A DNA stretch of 63,527 bases, counting the filler, from Rhabdomonas costata (Eukaryota), in assembly GCA_019059605.1 (NCBI GenBank). It is 31 parts of 31 records of this genome, joined end to end, with 100 filler letters (N's around TTAATTAATTAA, not from the genome) between each part and the next. Parts side by side here need not be neighbours in the genome. Positions count along the whole stretch, not along the records: positions 1 to 1,952 come from JAHMHO010007024.1; positions 2,053 to 4,005 come from JAHMHO010007025.1; positions 4,106 to 6,059 come from JAHMHO010007026.1; positions 6,160 to 8,113 come from JAHMHO010007027.1; positions 8,214 to 10,167 come from JAHMHO010007028.1; positions 10,268 to 12,221 come from JAHMHO010007029.1; 25 more parts are not named here. The stretch is one strand, 5' to 3'. Made by a program: the position numbers and the translations under genes. Shown piece after piece: positions 1 to 10,716 of this stretch. The notes beneath the pieces are model-generated. The model was not told the DNA's origin. It saw only the letters and a list, made by a program, of their open reading frames with translations, and did not search any database. Within the stretch, counting starts at the first letter, position 1. Each line of letters starts with the position of its first letter.

Positions 1-181
1 TTGTGGTTGTAAATCATGTGGGTGCGTCAGTGTCTTTCTTCTATCATTGAATAATCAAAGCTTGCGTTCGTTATGTTCACGATTCGGCTTTCTTAATTAT
101 CGTGCGTTGTTGTCAACGTTAATATCAACAGACTGTCGATGACAGACTGTCGATTTCCAAAAGAAAGGTGGATTATCTCTC

Positions 182-1192
182 TTGTTGTACCCAGGGATCA
201 GAGCGAAGCGCTTGGAGAAGGCCACCCGGACGGCGATGCTCGCTGTGCAACAACTGGGTGGCCGCCTTTATTGCGTTCGGAGGACCAACGCTGACCTCAA
301 GAACGGCAGGGCTCTGCCTCCGGTCGGTGATTGCGGAGGTGTTTCCCTCAAGGATTCGCTGAACCCAGAGCCTTACACCGTTGTTGTCGAGTTGTTTGCT
401 CCATTCTCGAACCTTCCATTCCTCTATTGGGCCATGGAGCACCAGCACGCCTTTCAGGCTGCAGAGGACAACACCATCGATGATGTGTCGGATCTGCGCC
501 TGACCTACCACTTCGCCCACCACATATATCACTCCTTCTTTTTGCCGATGCGAGTATACACGGACCAGGAGTGGCCGCGTCGTTGCTGGCACACCAAGTG
601 CTCCACAGGGTTCATGTGGTTCCACGAGGGGTTCGCTCAGTACAATGCGTTTGCTGGGTTGGCCCGTGCTCAAGTTTTCCCGCTGAGCGCCGTTCTGACT
701 CAGCTGTTCAAGCGCTTCGCCGTGCCTTACCTGGGAACGCCCTTTCCAAACAAGTCTTTGGTCGACCTCTCCCACGCCATCGGGACAAGTGACGAGCTGT
801 TCATGTTCATGAACTTTGGAGGCGCTCTTCTGGGCATGCTTTTGGACTACCAGCTCCGGCTGCGAGATTGCTCCGTGGGTCTGCACGAGAGTGTGGTGAG
901 ACTGGGGCATTGGGTGGAGGCCCACCATGGAGCTGGAGTTCCAGAGGACACCTTTGAGGGTGTGTTTCAGAACGTCACCGGGGTTTCCATTGAGGATCTT
1001 TTCGCAACCTACGTGCGTGGTGTGCGGCCGGTTCCTGTAGTCGAGGTGCTTCGGCTAGCAGGCATCGAAGTAGTCTGGAGTGGGCCTGAGCCTGTGTGCA
1101 AGGTGCTCCTGGATTCGGAATGCTCCGCTGACATGCTTCGCTTCCGACGGTGCGCGTTTGGTAACGGCCGCGTCTCTGGCAGGGGTCACTGA
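182..1192 (+). CDS. M61 glycyl aminopeptidase-like metallopeptidase homologue (5' end uncertain, no introns in the visible part)
   Basis: Motifs in M61 order: AMEH (cf. GLEH), AHHIYH (cf. HExxH), MWFHEGFAQY (cf. LWxxEGxTxY), GALLGMLLDYQLR, VTGVSIEDLFATYVRG. Confidence 0.75.
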   Translation: MLYPGIRAKRLEKATRTAMLAVQQLGGRLYCVRRTNADLKNGRALPPVGDCGGVSLKDSLNPEPYTVVVELFAPFSNLPFLYWAMEHQHAFQAAEDNTIDDVSDLRLTYHFAHHIYHSFFLPMRVYTDQEWPRRCWHTKCSTGFMWFHEGFAQYNAFAGLARAQVFPLSAVLTQLFKRFAVPYLGTPFPNKSLVDLSHAIGTSDELFMFMNFGGALLGMLLDYQLRLRDCSVGLHESVVRLGHWVEAHHGAGVPEDTFEGVFQNVTGVSIEDLFATYVRGVRPVPVVEVLRLAGIEVVWSGPEPVCKVLLDSECSADMLRFRRCAFGNGRVSGRGH

Positions 1193-1552
1193 CCTTCTTA
1201 CCGTTTTTAGGCGCCGACTCTTTTCCTATGTCTCGGCGCCTCTAAGTGTGTGCGGTGCCACGCTTCGCACTGCGGTTGGAACATTTTTGGTTAAGGTGTG
1301 TTTTGTTTCTGTGAGGCGTCAGTCGGGTTGTTGCAATTGATTTGGATGGTCGAAATGAAAATCCTTGAGTGAAGATGCGGAAGACTTAATGGTCTTTCAG
1401 GTGGGGTTGGGTTTTACTGCTCAATCTGCTTTTAGTGCAAATCGGTTTCCTTTCGAGAGCTTTGGAACCTTACGCAGACTAGTCGCGCCTCTTGTTTTGT
1501 TTACTTTGCCGATGTGCCCCTCGAGAGGCAGGTAACGTTTCGCCTGCCAGCC

Positions 1553-1846
1553 ATGCTCGCCGTGATTCGCACGGGTGGCCCTGTGGCAGCGGCGGGGATT
1601 CTGCTGCTGCTTCTTGTTGGCACTTTCCTGCGCCCCAGTGGGTCAACCGCCAACCGCCAGCCGGCAACGCCCAGTGCACATGCCCCCTCACCTTCTCCTT
1701 CCGAAAGCATCCTTCCAGCAGCTTCCCCTTTAGCCTTTCCTTCTCCAGTGATCTCTTCTCCACCGCCTACTGAGATCCCTTCTGTGCCAGTGGCAGGCAC
1801 TCCGGATAAAAGCTCGCCACAGCGTAAGCCCTTGCCTTCACCGGCG
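1553..1846 (+). CDS. First exon of a signal-anchored protein with a Pro/Ser-rich stem
   Basis: ATG at 1553, hydrophobic stretch GILLLLLVGTFL, then P/S-rich linker; candidate GT donor at 1847. Confidence 0.5.
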
Positions 1847-1952
1847 GTACGGGTCCTTAGAAACTCCTCCGTGGGAGTGGTGGACTGTCTCTCTGATGCG
1901 AGGGAAGCAACCGCGGTCCGTCCGCAGTGGAGGTGCCTTTAGGGACCCGCGC

Positions 1953-2052
1953 NNNNNNNNNNNNNNNNNNNNNNNNNNNNNNNNNNNNNNNNNNNNTTAA
2001 TTAATTAANNNNNNNNNNNNNNNNNNNNNNNNNNNNNNNNNNNNNNNNNNNN
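1953..2052. other. Artificial contig spacer (N-run, TTAATTAATTAA, N-run); first of 30 copies recurring about every 2.05 kb
   Basis: Identical 100-nt block with stops in all six frames between unrelated sequences; contigs are all about 1.95 kb, as in a length-sorted concatenated assembly. Confidence 0.98.
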
Positions 2053-2523
2053 TGTGTGGGTTATGGAATGAGCGGTGACGTTAGGAGCTGCTTGTCGTGC
2101 AACAAACTCGGTGTACCCTTGTTGTACTCATTGCGTTCTGCGTATCTTCGGGGGCGGCTGGGAAGCTTCTAGTCCTGCACCTTGACTTCCCAACAATGTC
2201 AGAAGAAATCCAACGTAACGCAAAGGATCGTTTTTGGCGAAACTGCCCCCTCCGTTCCTGTGTTTTTCCGTGCCATTCTCCAGCGAAGGAAAAGGCGTTT
2301 TTTGGTGCTTAAACCACAACACAGTGCATGGTTCAAACGAAAGCCAACAGTGGTTGTGTTCTCCTCGGGAAACTTGGAAGAATGTTTCCGCACTGACAGC
2401 ACCTGTCATTGTGTTGCCGGACAGGTGCAGTGGTCGGAAAGGGCACCTCCATGGTCATTTTACCACTTTCAGGCGGTTTTCTTTATAGTGATAGGTTTGG
2501 TCGTCAGTCGTTTTGCGCGTCGA

Positions 2524-2647
2524 ATGGCGGCGCCCCTGGGGGCCATGAGCAATCTTGAGGTCGAGGTCAAGGGCAGCTCCTTGACCCTCACGGTGGACAT
2601 GTCGAAGACCATTGGGCCCAGCTCCTCGGGAAAGACCACTCTCATTG
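2524..2647 (+). CDS. First exon of a small uncharacterised domain protein (NLEVEVKG..LTLTVDMSKTIGPSSSGKTTLI family)
   Basis: GC3-rich codons; matches my recollection of a ~60-aa domain (NVxxxVxGxxLxIxVDLSKxxGxSxSGKxxxIA) in archaea, bacteria and trypanosomatids; GT donor at 2648. Confidence 0.6.
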
Positions 2648-2730
2648 GTTCTGCGCTGCAGGAGACGGCGAGGGGGGGGGATGTGAGAGAGTGTGTGTGT
2701 GCCACAGTTTGGGAGCTAAACTACATGGTA

Positions 2731-2816
2731 ATTGGTGCTGCCACAATCGTGTTCCTCCTGTTTGCATCCAACCCTCTGCTATGTGCCGCTGCTGCTTTTG
2801 CACCCCGCTTGTGCGG
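2731..2816 (+). repeat. Dispersed intronic repeat family A, copy 1
   Basis: Aligns with the reverse complement of 16629-16723, including the exact core CAACCCTCTGCTATGTGCCGCTG. Confidence 0.85.
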
Positions 2817-4158
2817 GCAAGCCGGGGTATCGTATTTGAAAGCCAGACATTGCAAAATCTGGGGCTCGCTGACACAGGATATACCAGAATCGTCACCCGC
2901 TTTCTCTGCTACTGCGTCCTTTATCCCCTCCCTCTGCAATCCCTCTCGCCCGCACCATCCCTTGCAACATAACCTCTGCCTGCGAATCTGATGCGATGTG
3001 AAAAACCCAAACACGGCCTGCACATATGTCACCGGAAACAAACTCGGGAGGGTGTCCAGATCTCCGGATCTCTCTCTGAGTTTCTTGCAGTCTTCGGCAG
3101 AGTCCAACTTTTTGCCATGGGATATGCAGCAACTCGTTTTTTTTGCGCCCACGCACAGCTTCGTCTGGAGGGACAAAGAAGCTCGGCCAGACTGGGGCTT
3201 CATTCTCGCTGACCGCTTACTGCCCCTTGGTATGGGACCCACCACATCAATTCTTCGACCAATTCCAGCTTCCATGTCTCCACTTGCGCGCGCATCCATG
3301 GTCTCGAGAAGAGACGCAATAAGTATTGGAGGAGACCAGGAAGGGTTTTTTTGGTGGAGAGGAACTTTTGTTTAGTCCGGAACGGAAGACGTTCGTGCCC
3401 AAACCAACCTCTGTCAAAAGCTGACTCTTGTCGCAAACGTCTCGTTCTAACGGTCTTTTCTCGAAGGTGTCCTTACAAGCACCGGGATGTTGCTTTTTGT
3501 TTGCAAGTATGCTGCAAAAACCTACCGCGCAAAACCTGACATTGTCTCATCATGAACGTACTCCTGGGCTCTCCCCCAAGGTATGTTAAGCAGGCCCCGC
3601 GGAAAGCTTATGCTCAGTATGGTCCGAAAAGGGCCCTTCATAGCCCCTGTTAATGCAAAAAAAAGGCCGGAAAAGATTGGTTTGAAAGTTATTTTCCGGG
3701 CCATGCTCGGGTTTCTGTCTTTCAGCCCACGGCTCAGCCCAGGATTTGCGGTTCGATTTGAGATTCGGAGCCAGTGCTTGTCCATTGCAGGGCAACCGTT
3801 GGACACCTTCTGAAAGCTGCGAACCATAGCTTCCAAGCCCTGCTCGTGCACCCTAAGTAAGGCAACGTTCGCTGCCGATCCATCAAATGATTACAAACAC
3901 ACTCCGAGTTCAAGAAGCAATTTCTTTCCTCACACCAATCACCCCTGCGCACCTGTAACACCACCACCACCATCACCACCACCCCCCACCAACCACACCC
4001 AACACNNNNNNNNNNNNNNNNNNNNNNNNNNNNNNNNNNNNNNNNNNNNTTAATTAATTAANNNNNNNNNNNNNNNNNNNNNNNNNNNNNNNNNNNNNNN
4101 NNNNNGTGTTGGGTGTGGTTGGGGTGGGTTGGAAGTTATTCTGTATAGCCTTCTCCTC

Positions 4159-5176
4159 AGGAATCGATTTGGAGCAGACACTGACTGAGCTGAAGATTGT
4201 GTTTAAGGGGGTGACGTTCTGCAGGACTAAGTTGGGGGGCTCCCTTCCGGTGGCTCTGCAGTCTCTGTTGGGCAACATGAAGCGTTACCCCACTGTGTCG
4301 GAGATGGTGCTTTTCACGGATGTGCACTGCGACGTACTTCTGGAGCGCATAAACTCTCGGCTGGCAACGGTGCGGAGATGTGCTTGATTCCGTTCGTTGG
4401 TTGGTTGATTGGTTATTGGCTTGTTGGTTGGTTCCTGAAACCTGGGTTTTATTGAAAGAGTTGTTTCCCTTTGGGGATGAGACTTTTCTTTTTGGGGGAT
4501 ATTCAGCGTTGCTGTGGGGGCTTACTTTGAATTCAAATGGGATCGTGGGCATGCGCTAATGCTTTTTGTGAAGAACTATATGACGTATGAAGGGTTTATC
4601 CACTCCTATGCCTAACAAAGCCAATGCTGACCGAACTGTTGCTTGGGGCTGCTAACTGTTCAATGCCCCCCCCCCCACATCGATTGGTCCCCAATTTCGG
4701 CTTCCCAGTGGCTTAAGACTTTTGGTTACGGTTTTTTCTGATGCAGGCACTCTTTGGACAAGTGATAATGAAGCTCTACTCGCGAATGGTGAAAACAAAG
4801 GGTTATATGGCAAATGAAAAGATCGATCGGGAAAATTTCTCTAATACAGCAGAGTGCAGGGTGCGGACGAATTTTATTTCCAACTGAACGATGATAGAAG
4901 ACGTTGCCTGGCCGGTAGGGTTGCTTCTTCCGTCTGTTCTAGGGTGTAGACTTGGGGGACGTGGTGGAAGAGCTTGCCGAGGCCCACGGGCTGCTGCTGA
5001 TGCAGCTCGATGCCCAGAGACTGGCCATAGCGGAGGGCAAATCTGTCCGGCTATGCACCCTGCCCCCAACAGAGCTGTGTGGTTCCGACCTTGCCGGATC
5101 CATGATCTCGGTGAAGAGGTGCATCGGGACGGTCCGGATGGGCCCAGGGCCGTTGGTGAGCTGGTTCAGTGAGCAG
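4159..5176 (+). CDS. Exons of a hypothetical protein (about 4159-4369 and 4950-5176)
   Basis: Two GC3-rich open segments bounded by AG and by GTGCGG/GTGGGT; no family recognised. Confidence 0.4.
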
Positions 5177-6885
5177 GTGGGTGCATTTTTTTTTTGCATT
5201 TCCGTTTCCCCATGATATTTTCCTTCTGCCGGGCTTTTTCTGCGACCTCCATCCTTGGCGAAAAGATGGCCTTTTCGTCATGGTTGCTTCGCCCGATGGC
5301 TTCTGCATATTGTCATTGCGACTATTTTGGTGACATTGGGGTTCGAGCTTGTCATATTTGTTGTGGAGTCTCAAGATAGCGTTCTCTTGCACGTGTTTGC
5401 ACACAGATTGCCGGGTTGTCGTTGGTCTGTTGTATCAATTACGTCTCTTCCTTGCAAATATGCGTGCAGCCTGAATGGCTGTCTTCTCCTCCTCGATTTG
5501 GGGCGTGCCCAGGTTTCCGACTGCCTGGACGATTACCCATCGGTACCCTGCCCGTCTCTGGGCAGTGACTCCCCTCGGAGGGCCTTGAAAAGGGAATCTC
5601 ATTTCCCTCCCGTTCTGAGCTCATGCTTTTCTCTTGCGTCACGGCGCGTTTCCTTCTCGGTGATCTCAGAGTCATCACGCTTCTCTGACGCAACCCAGCA
5701 GGTCTCACCGATGACTCCGCAAAAGGATGGGGAGGTGACCCTGAAGTCCCCCGAAACTGCAAAACTCAGCACCCAGCTGTGCTCCTGCGACTTTGCGCAA
5801 TCTGAGGAGCTCCGGAGAAGCTTCGTAACGCGGAGCGAAATTGAAGAGAGCAGTGCGTGGCTCGGGCCAACTTCCCCCAAGAGGTTTCCCGCACGTTTTG
5901 CAGCCTTCTCTCGAGTTCTCTCGATTTCGATCAAGTTGAAATCAGGATTCCCATTTGTGTGAATAATGAGATGGGTCGAAACAACGCCCTTCTCTCTCTG
6001 CCATCCCTTTCTCTGCTTGTAAAAGTGCTAAAAAATGAAGGTTGAACCGAAACCAAAAANNNNNNNNNNNNNNNNNNNNNNNNNNNNNNNNNNNNNNNNN
6101 NNNTTAATTAATTAANNNNNNNNNNNNNNNNNNNNNNNNNNNNNNNNNNNNNNNNNNNNGGGGGGGGTGTGCTCAACCGGTGTGGTGTGATAACACAAAC
6201 TTCATAACAATGCACGATAGCATCGTGAAACGGGCCTTGAACATTATGAAGTCCCAAAGGCCTTCAAAAGTTCAAAAGTGGACCTTCAGGTTCAATTTCA
6301 CACGGGCAGAGAGAAGGGAGTCTAACAAATATAACCAAAGGGTCGCCCGGTGAAAAGGGAGACGTTTCGGGATAAATGAAGCCGCTCAACTTTTCATGTT
6401 TCTTTTTCGCCCATTTTTCCACATTTCTTCTTCACGTCTTTCTTTACGTTCAACCAGCAACTCTTCGCTCGCTCTGGTCCGATGGGGTACAACCAGAAAA
6501 GCAGGGCCGCCTTCCAACGGTTGGACATACATACAGCGGATGGTCCAATATGCTTCGCACAGCAAGGTTGGTGGCCCGGACTACAGGGTAGGCAGGGACA
6601 CTTGCTTCACTATGTGGGGGCTCGGGCGGAAAAACAGCAGCACTGACGAAGAGGCATAGCAGGAGGAAAACAGGGATGAGAAGCAAAAGTTAGTATCAAG
6701 TTTTTTCTTAGTTAAAACCTCCCCCTCCCATGCAAATTGGTGAGCGTCTGGAGACGTCCTGAAGAAGCCAGATTGGTCCACCTCAATGGCGCAAATCACA
6801 GGACAAGAGAACATGCAATCGGCCTTTTCGGAAAAAAGATATTACGGGACTTGATCAAAATGCAAACCCAGACCGGATCCCACAC

Positions 6886-8113
6886 CTCACGGAAAATGTC
6901 GTTCCCGGACCACAGGACCGGCACACGGCGGCGATCAGGACATAGGGTTTGGGACACACGGTGCAGTTCAGATAGGTAATCGAGACGGTACCCACTTGCC
7001 CGGCCTGAGTGCGGCGAGCATAGGGCTGGAACTGAAAGGAGTCGCCGAACTCCGTCCCACAAAGAGGCCGACTGGAGTAGTCCGGCTGGATGGAGGGCGT
7101 GTACAGCACCACCGTGCCCACCGCGAGGTCCACCCCAAGTGGCACAGAGGTGCCGTTTTGGAACTGCAGGGTCCCCGCCCCAGGAAGCAAAGTCAACCGG
7201 ACGCTTAACAAAGAGACCAGGACATTGTCATCGCTTGCATTGAGGGTAATCGGAAGTGCCACCCCGGGCACAGCCGTCAGCCCAGTAACACTGTTGGCGA
7301 CCGGAGGGTCTTCCACAGCAGCAACGTTGATGAGGTAGTTGAAGGGGTGGGAGGTCTTCAAGTAGACCCCAAGGCAGTGGGTGATGGTGAAGGAGAACGA
7401 GACCTGGGCAAAGCAGGCAGAAAAGCCGACATCGGAGCCTGGAAGCAGGAAGCTAACAAACACTAGCCCAGACGGCAGAGGGCAAACAATCTTCTTGCAT
7501 CTTCACAATACTCCATCCATCTACCAATGGAAGGATGTTCTTCATGCCTGTGGGGGCCCAAACGTGTGGGCCCACGGCTGGAACACAAGCTGCGACGGCA
7601 CCACTCCAACCCCGGTGGCCGAATCCGTGGTCCCGATCACCCGGATCTTGTCGATCTCGTGCCATCCCGAGCACGCATTGCAAGTGTCGAACTCCAGCCG
7701 CAGCACATCAGTGAGGAAAGGGGAGCGGCACAGCTGCGGCGCGGTGACCGTGTAGGACAACCTTCCTGGAAGCCGAAAAAAATGGACCCCTGAGAGCAGA
7801 CCATTGTAACAGTCGAGACAGCCCACTACCAAAGCGAACATTTGTGACTACGAAGGTGGGGGAATTCTGGAGAGAAAATCAAAATAAAGACAGCGCGCCA
7901 AGTCGTGGCAGCTCAAATTACGCGGAAGTGGTGGTTGGAAAAAACGAAGATGCCCAAGAATGGGAAAAACACCTGAGTACACTACAGGCTTGCCGTACCA
8001 CAGCGGATAGTACCCGGTGCCGTTGGGGTACCGCGCCAGAATCCGAGTCAGTGTGCCAGGGTTGAGGTTCTCCATCACCTCCACCTCGGTGACGTACACC
8101 GGGGTGGCGATCT
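6886..8113 (-). CDS. Extracellular/surface protein fragment: pappalysin/FBXL4-like beta-sandwich, cadherin/Ig-like repeat, Cys-rich segment (exons 8113-7973, 7765-7548, 7403-~6886)
   Basis: Spliced frame VYVTEVEVMENLNPGTLTRI...TDVLRLEFD...WHEIDKIRVIG...INVAAVEDPPVA...CTVC...CRSCGPGT; exon phases consistent with one GT-AG and one GC-AG intron. Confidence 0.6.
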
Positions 8114-8213
8114 NNNNNNNNNNNNNNNNNNNNNNNNNNNNNNNNNNNNNNNNNNNNTTAATTAATTAANNNNNNNNNNNNNNNNNNNNNNNNNNNNNNN
8201 NNNNNNNNNNNNN

Positions 8214-9630
8214 TGTGGGTGGGCAGGGGAGCCAGTCCGGGCGCAGGGGGAGGGGGTGGAGGCCACGCCCCATCGCCACTGCCGGGCTGCTGCTGTGGCC
8301 GCTGAGGAAGGCAGCGCGGGAACACTGCAGCGGGGTCGCCGTCGTCCTCGTGGGGCTCCCCCTGCAGCATCCACACCCAATCCCTCACAATCTCACTCTC
8401 TGGTAACGGCGATGACTGTCTCTTTTCGACAAGGTAGACACGGATGGTCCCTTTTCGAGCCTCCCCTGAAACCTCTTCTGCATGTTTGGTACCCTGACGA
8501 AGCTTTTCTGTTTTTTCTAGGGTGGTATGAAAGCCCTCTAAGGAAACATGTCACTCAATTTACCGGCATCTAGCCACAGCTACCCAAGGGTAGGTTATTA
8601 TCCGCAAGATGCACTGCTCTTGTGATGTAGTGTGTGTTTGTGTGACACCTGGTGGTTCCGGGTATCAGTTATACCCAGGTTCGCCTGTTTTGCAGAGTCG
8701 TGGGGTTCAAGCAGATGATAGGCAGGAGGGTTGGGGGGAGATGCACGTATTCCCTGGAATTCCAGTGAGATTATTGGAATTCCAGGAAGGCATCCTGGGT
8801 ATTTGAGGCTGGGCTGCTAAACAACGTTTGGGCTTTGAATGGGTACGGATACCCTCCACACACGAACGCATACAACTTCAAAACCCACACACAGCAAGAC
8901 AACGAGAACGCGAAAGAGAGGGGTGACAGCCGTACCGCGGTACACTTGGTCTGGTGGTCCGCGAGGTGGGCCACGGGCTGCACCAGCCCACACCGCGCGC
9001 AGCAGCAGGCGTGCGGGGTCCCGCGGATCTCTGCCAGGGCTTCCACGGAGACCCCCGCGAGGGCTTCGCAATCTATTTGCTGCCCCCGGCACCGCTCTTG
9101 CGCTGAGGCCCACGTCAGTCACACACACACAGAGGGAGAGAGAGCTGGGTGTGAAGGTTAGGACGCTGTCAGGCACCAAAATCGGCTCGACTCCATAGTC
9201 CCGATCTACCATGGTGGTCTAGCTCAGGCGTGATGGTGAAGGTCACTCTGGTCCCCACCCCAACCAGGACTACCCTGTGAAACATGGGGGCCAGCAGATG
9301 TGCCTCAGGTTGGGGACAGACGTTGCTTCGGCGCGCGTAATCGGCCGAAGTCTCGTTCCGAGGCGAAGCTTTGGATTACGGCTGGAACTGTCACACACTC
9401 ATATGCACACATACACATACACACACACACACCCTCGCAGTGCGCCCAGAGATAGCCCAGGTACAGCGGGGAGTGCTTCTGTGGCCCCGCGGCATGGGTG
9501 GCGTAGTATACCACCCACGGAAGGCCCCCGCCCGGGCTGGGCAGTGCGAACCCCAGCTCACGCCGCAGCCCCAGCAGGGCATGGCGGAACATCTCGGCGG
9601 CAACCACCAAGTCGTCCTCGCTCACCCTTT
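8214..9630 (-). CDS. Exons of a hypothetical protein with a Cys/His zinc-finger-like segment (CARCGLVQPVAHLADHQTKC)
   Basis: GC-rich open segments at about 9630-9433, 9102-8942 and 8362-8214; CxxC-x11-H-x3-C spacing resembles a TRAF-type finger. Confidence 0.4.
9147..9395 (+). mobile_element. Dispersed repeat family B, copy 1 (SINE-like or solo-LTR-like), in an intron between (CA)n tracts
   Basis: Collinear similarity with 59022-59233; TGTGA...TCACA near the ends; B-box-like GGCTCGACTCC. Confidence 0.75.
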
Positions 9631-10267
9631 GCTGAAGAGCACACACCCGCCCACAGCCCACAGAAGAAAACTACCAAAAAGACCAATAGTGAGACAAAAT
9701 CAAGATCCGAGGAAAGTGAAAGAGTGAGCGGAGAGAGAGACAGTTGCGCGCTGGTTGTTGCCTGCTTGACTGGTTGCTGGTTGTTGGTGGCCACTGTGGA
9801 CAAACAGGCGCGCGCGCTGCTGGCCACGGGTGCCGTTGGAGCGAACATTCCACATCTGGTAACCTCCCTTCTGCCCCAAGGGTCCCGGGCCATTGTCGCG
9901 CAGCTGCCCTTTTCCAGCGGCTACCTGCATAGCTCCTTTGCGGCTCAGGTCTCTGCGACTCCACACTCCATCCTTGGGGTTTTTCTCGTGGGAACGACCC
10001 TTGGTGCTTTTTCGGATGGGTGAACGGGCGGCACCGGTATCTACAGGTGTTGCCGTGCCAGCACATCACTCTATAGTTGAGTTGCGGACTATTCCTGCCC
10101 TCTTCCGCTGAACCTTCTGTACTTCGTGGTTGCCTCACTCTTTGCCCTGGTGCGTCTGCGAGTACTGNNNNNNNNNNNNNNNNNNNNNNNNNNNNNNNNN
10201 NNNNNNNNNNNTTAATTAATTAANNNNNNNNNNNNNNNNNNNNNNNNNNNNNNNNNNNNNNNNNNNN

Positions 10268-10716
10268 GGGGGGTGGGAGTGGCCAGTGGTCCACCCCTTG
10301 GTCTGCCCGAATCCTTGGGCAAAGTCATTCCCCGACCACTGGCCACTCCCGCCACCACTACTGCTGGCGTAGAAGGGCGGGGACTGCTCCCAGCTCCAGC
10401 CCGGTCCAGTCCCGGAAGGCTGCTCAAAGCCTGCCTTGCTGAGCCGCTCGTATGCGGCTTGGATATCCTTGAATCGGGTGTCATCACCCCCGAAGCGATC
10501 GGGGTGGTACCGCTTGGCGAGCTCGCGGTAGCGATCCTTGATCTGCTCCGCGGTGGCGTCCCGGGGAAGCCCCAGGACTTCATAAGGGTCCACCCGGGAG
10601 GAGGTGGCATAACTTAGCAGGGGCGTCCGTGAGGCACGCCGGAAGGCGCCGACCATGGGCCGAGCAGAGCGGCGCAGCCCAGCCGTCCACAGACGGGAAG
10701 GGAGAGAGGCTGCCAT
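10268..10716 (-). CDS. J-domain (DnaJ family) protein, probably mitochondrial; 3' truncated by the contig end
   Basis: DPYEVLGL...IKDRYRELAKRYHPDR...FKDIQAAYERLS with the HPD motif; Arg/Ser/Ala-rich, acid-free N-terminus. Confidence 0.92.

Noticed and set aside
173..928. 251-aa minus-strand ORF
   Set aside because: Antisense shadow of the M61-like gene; no motifs
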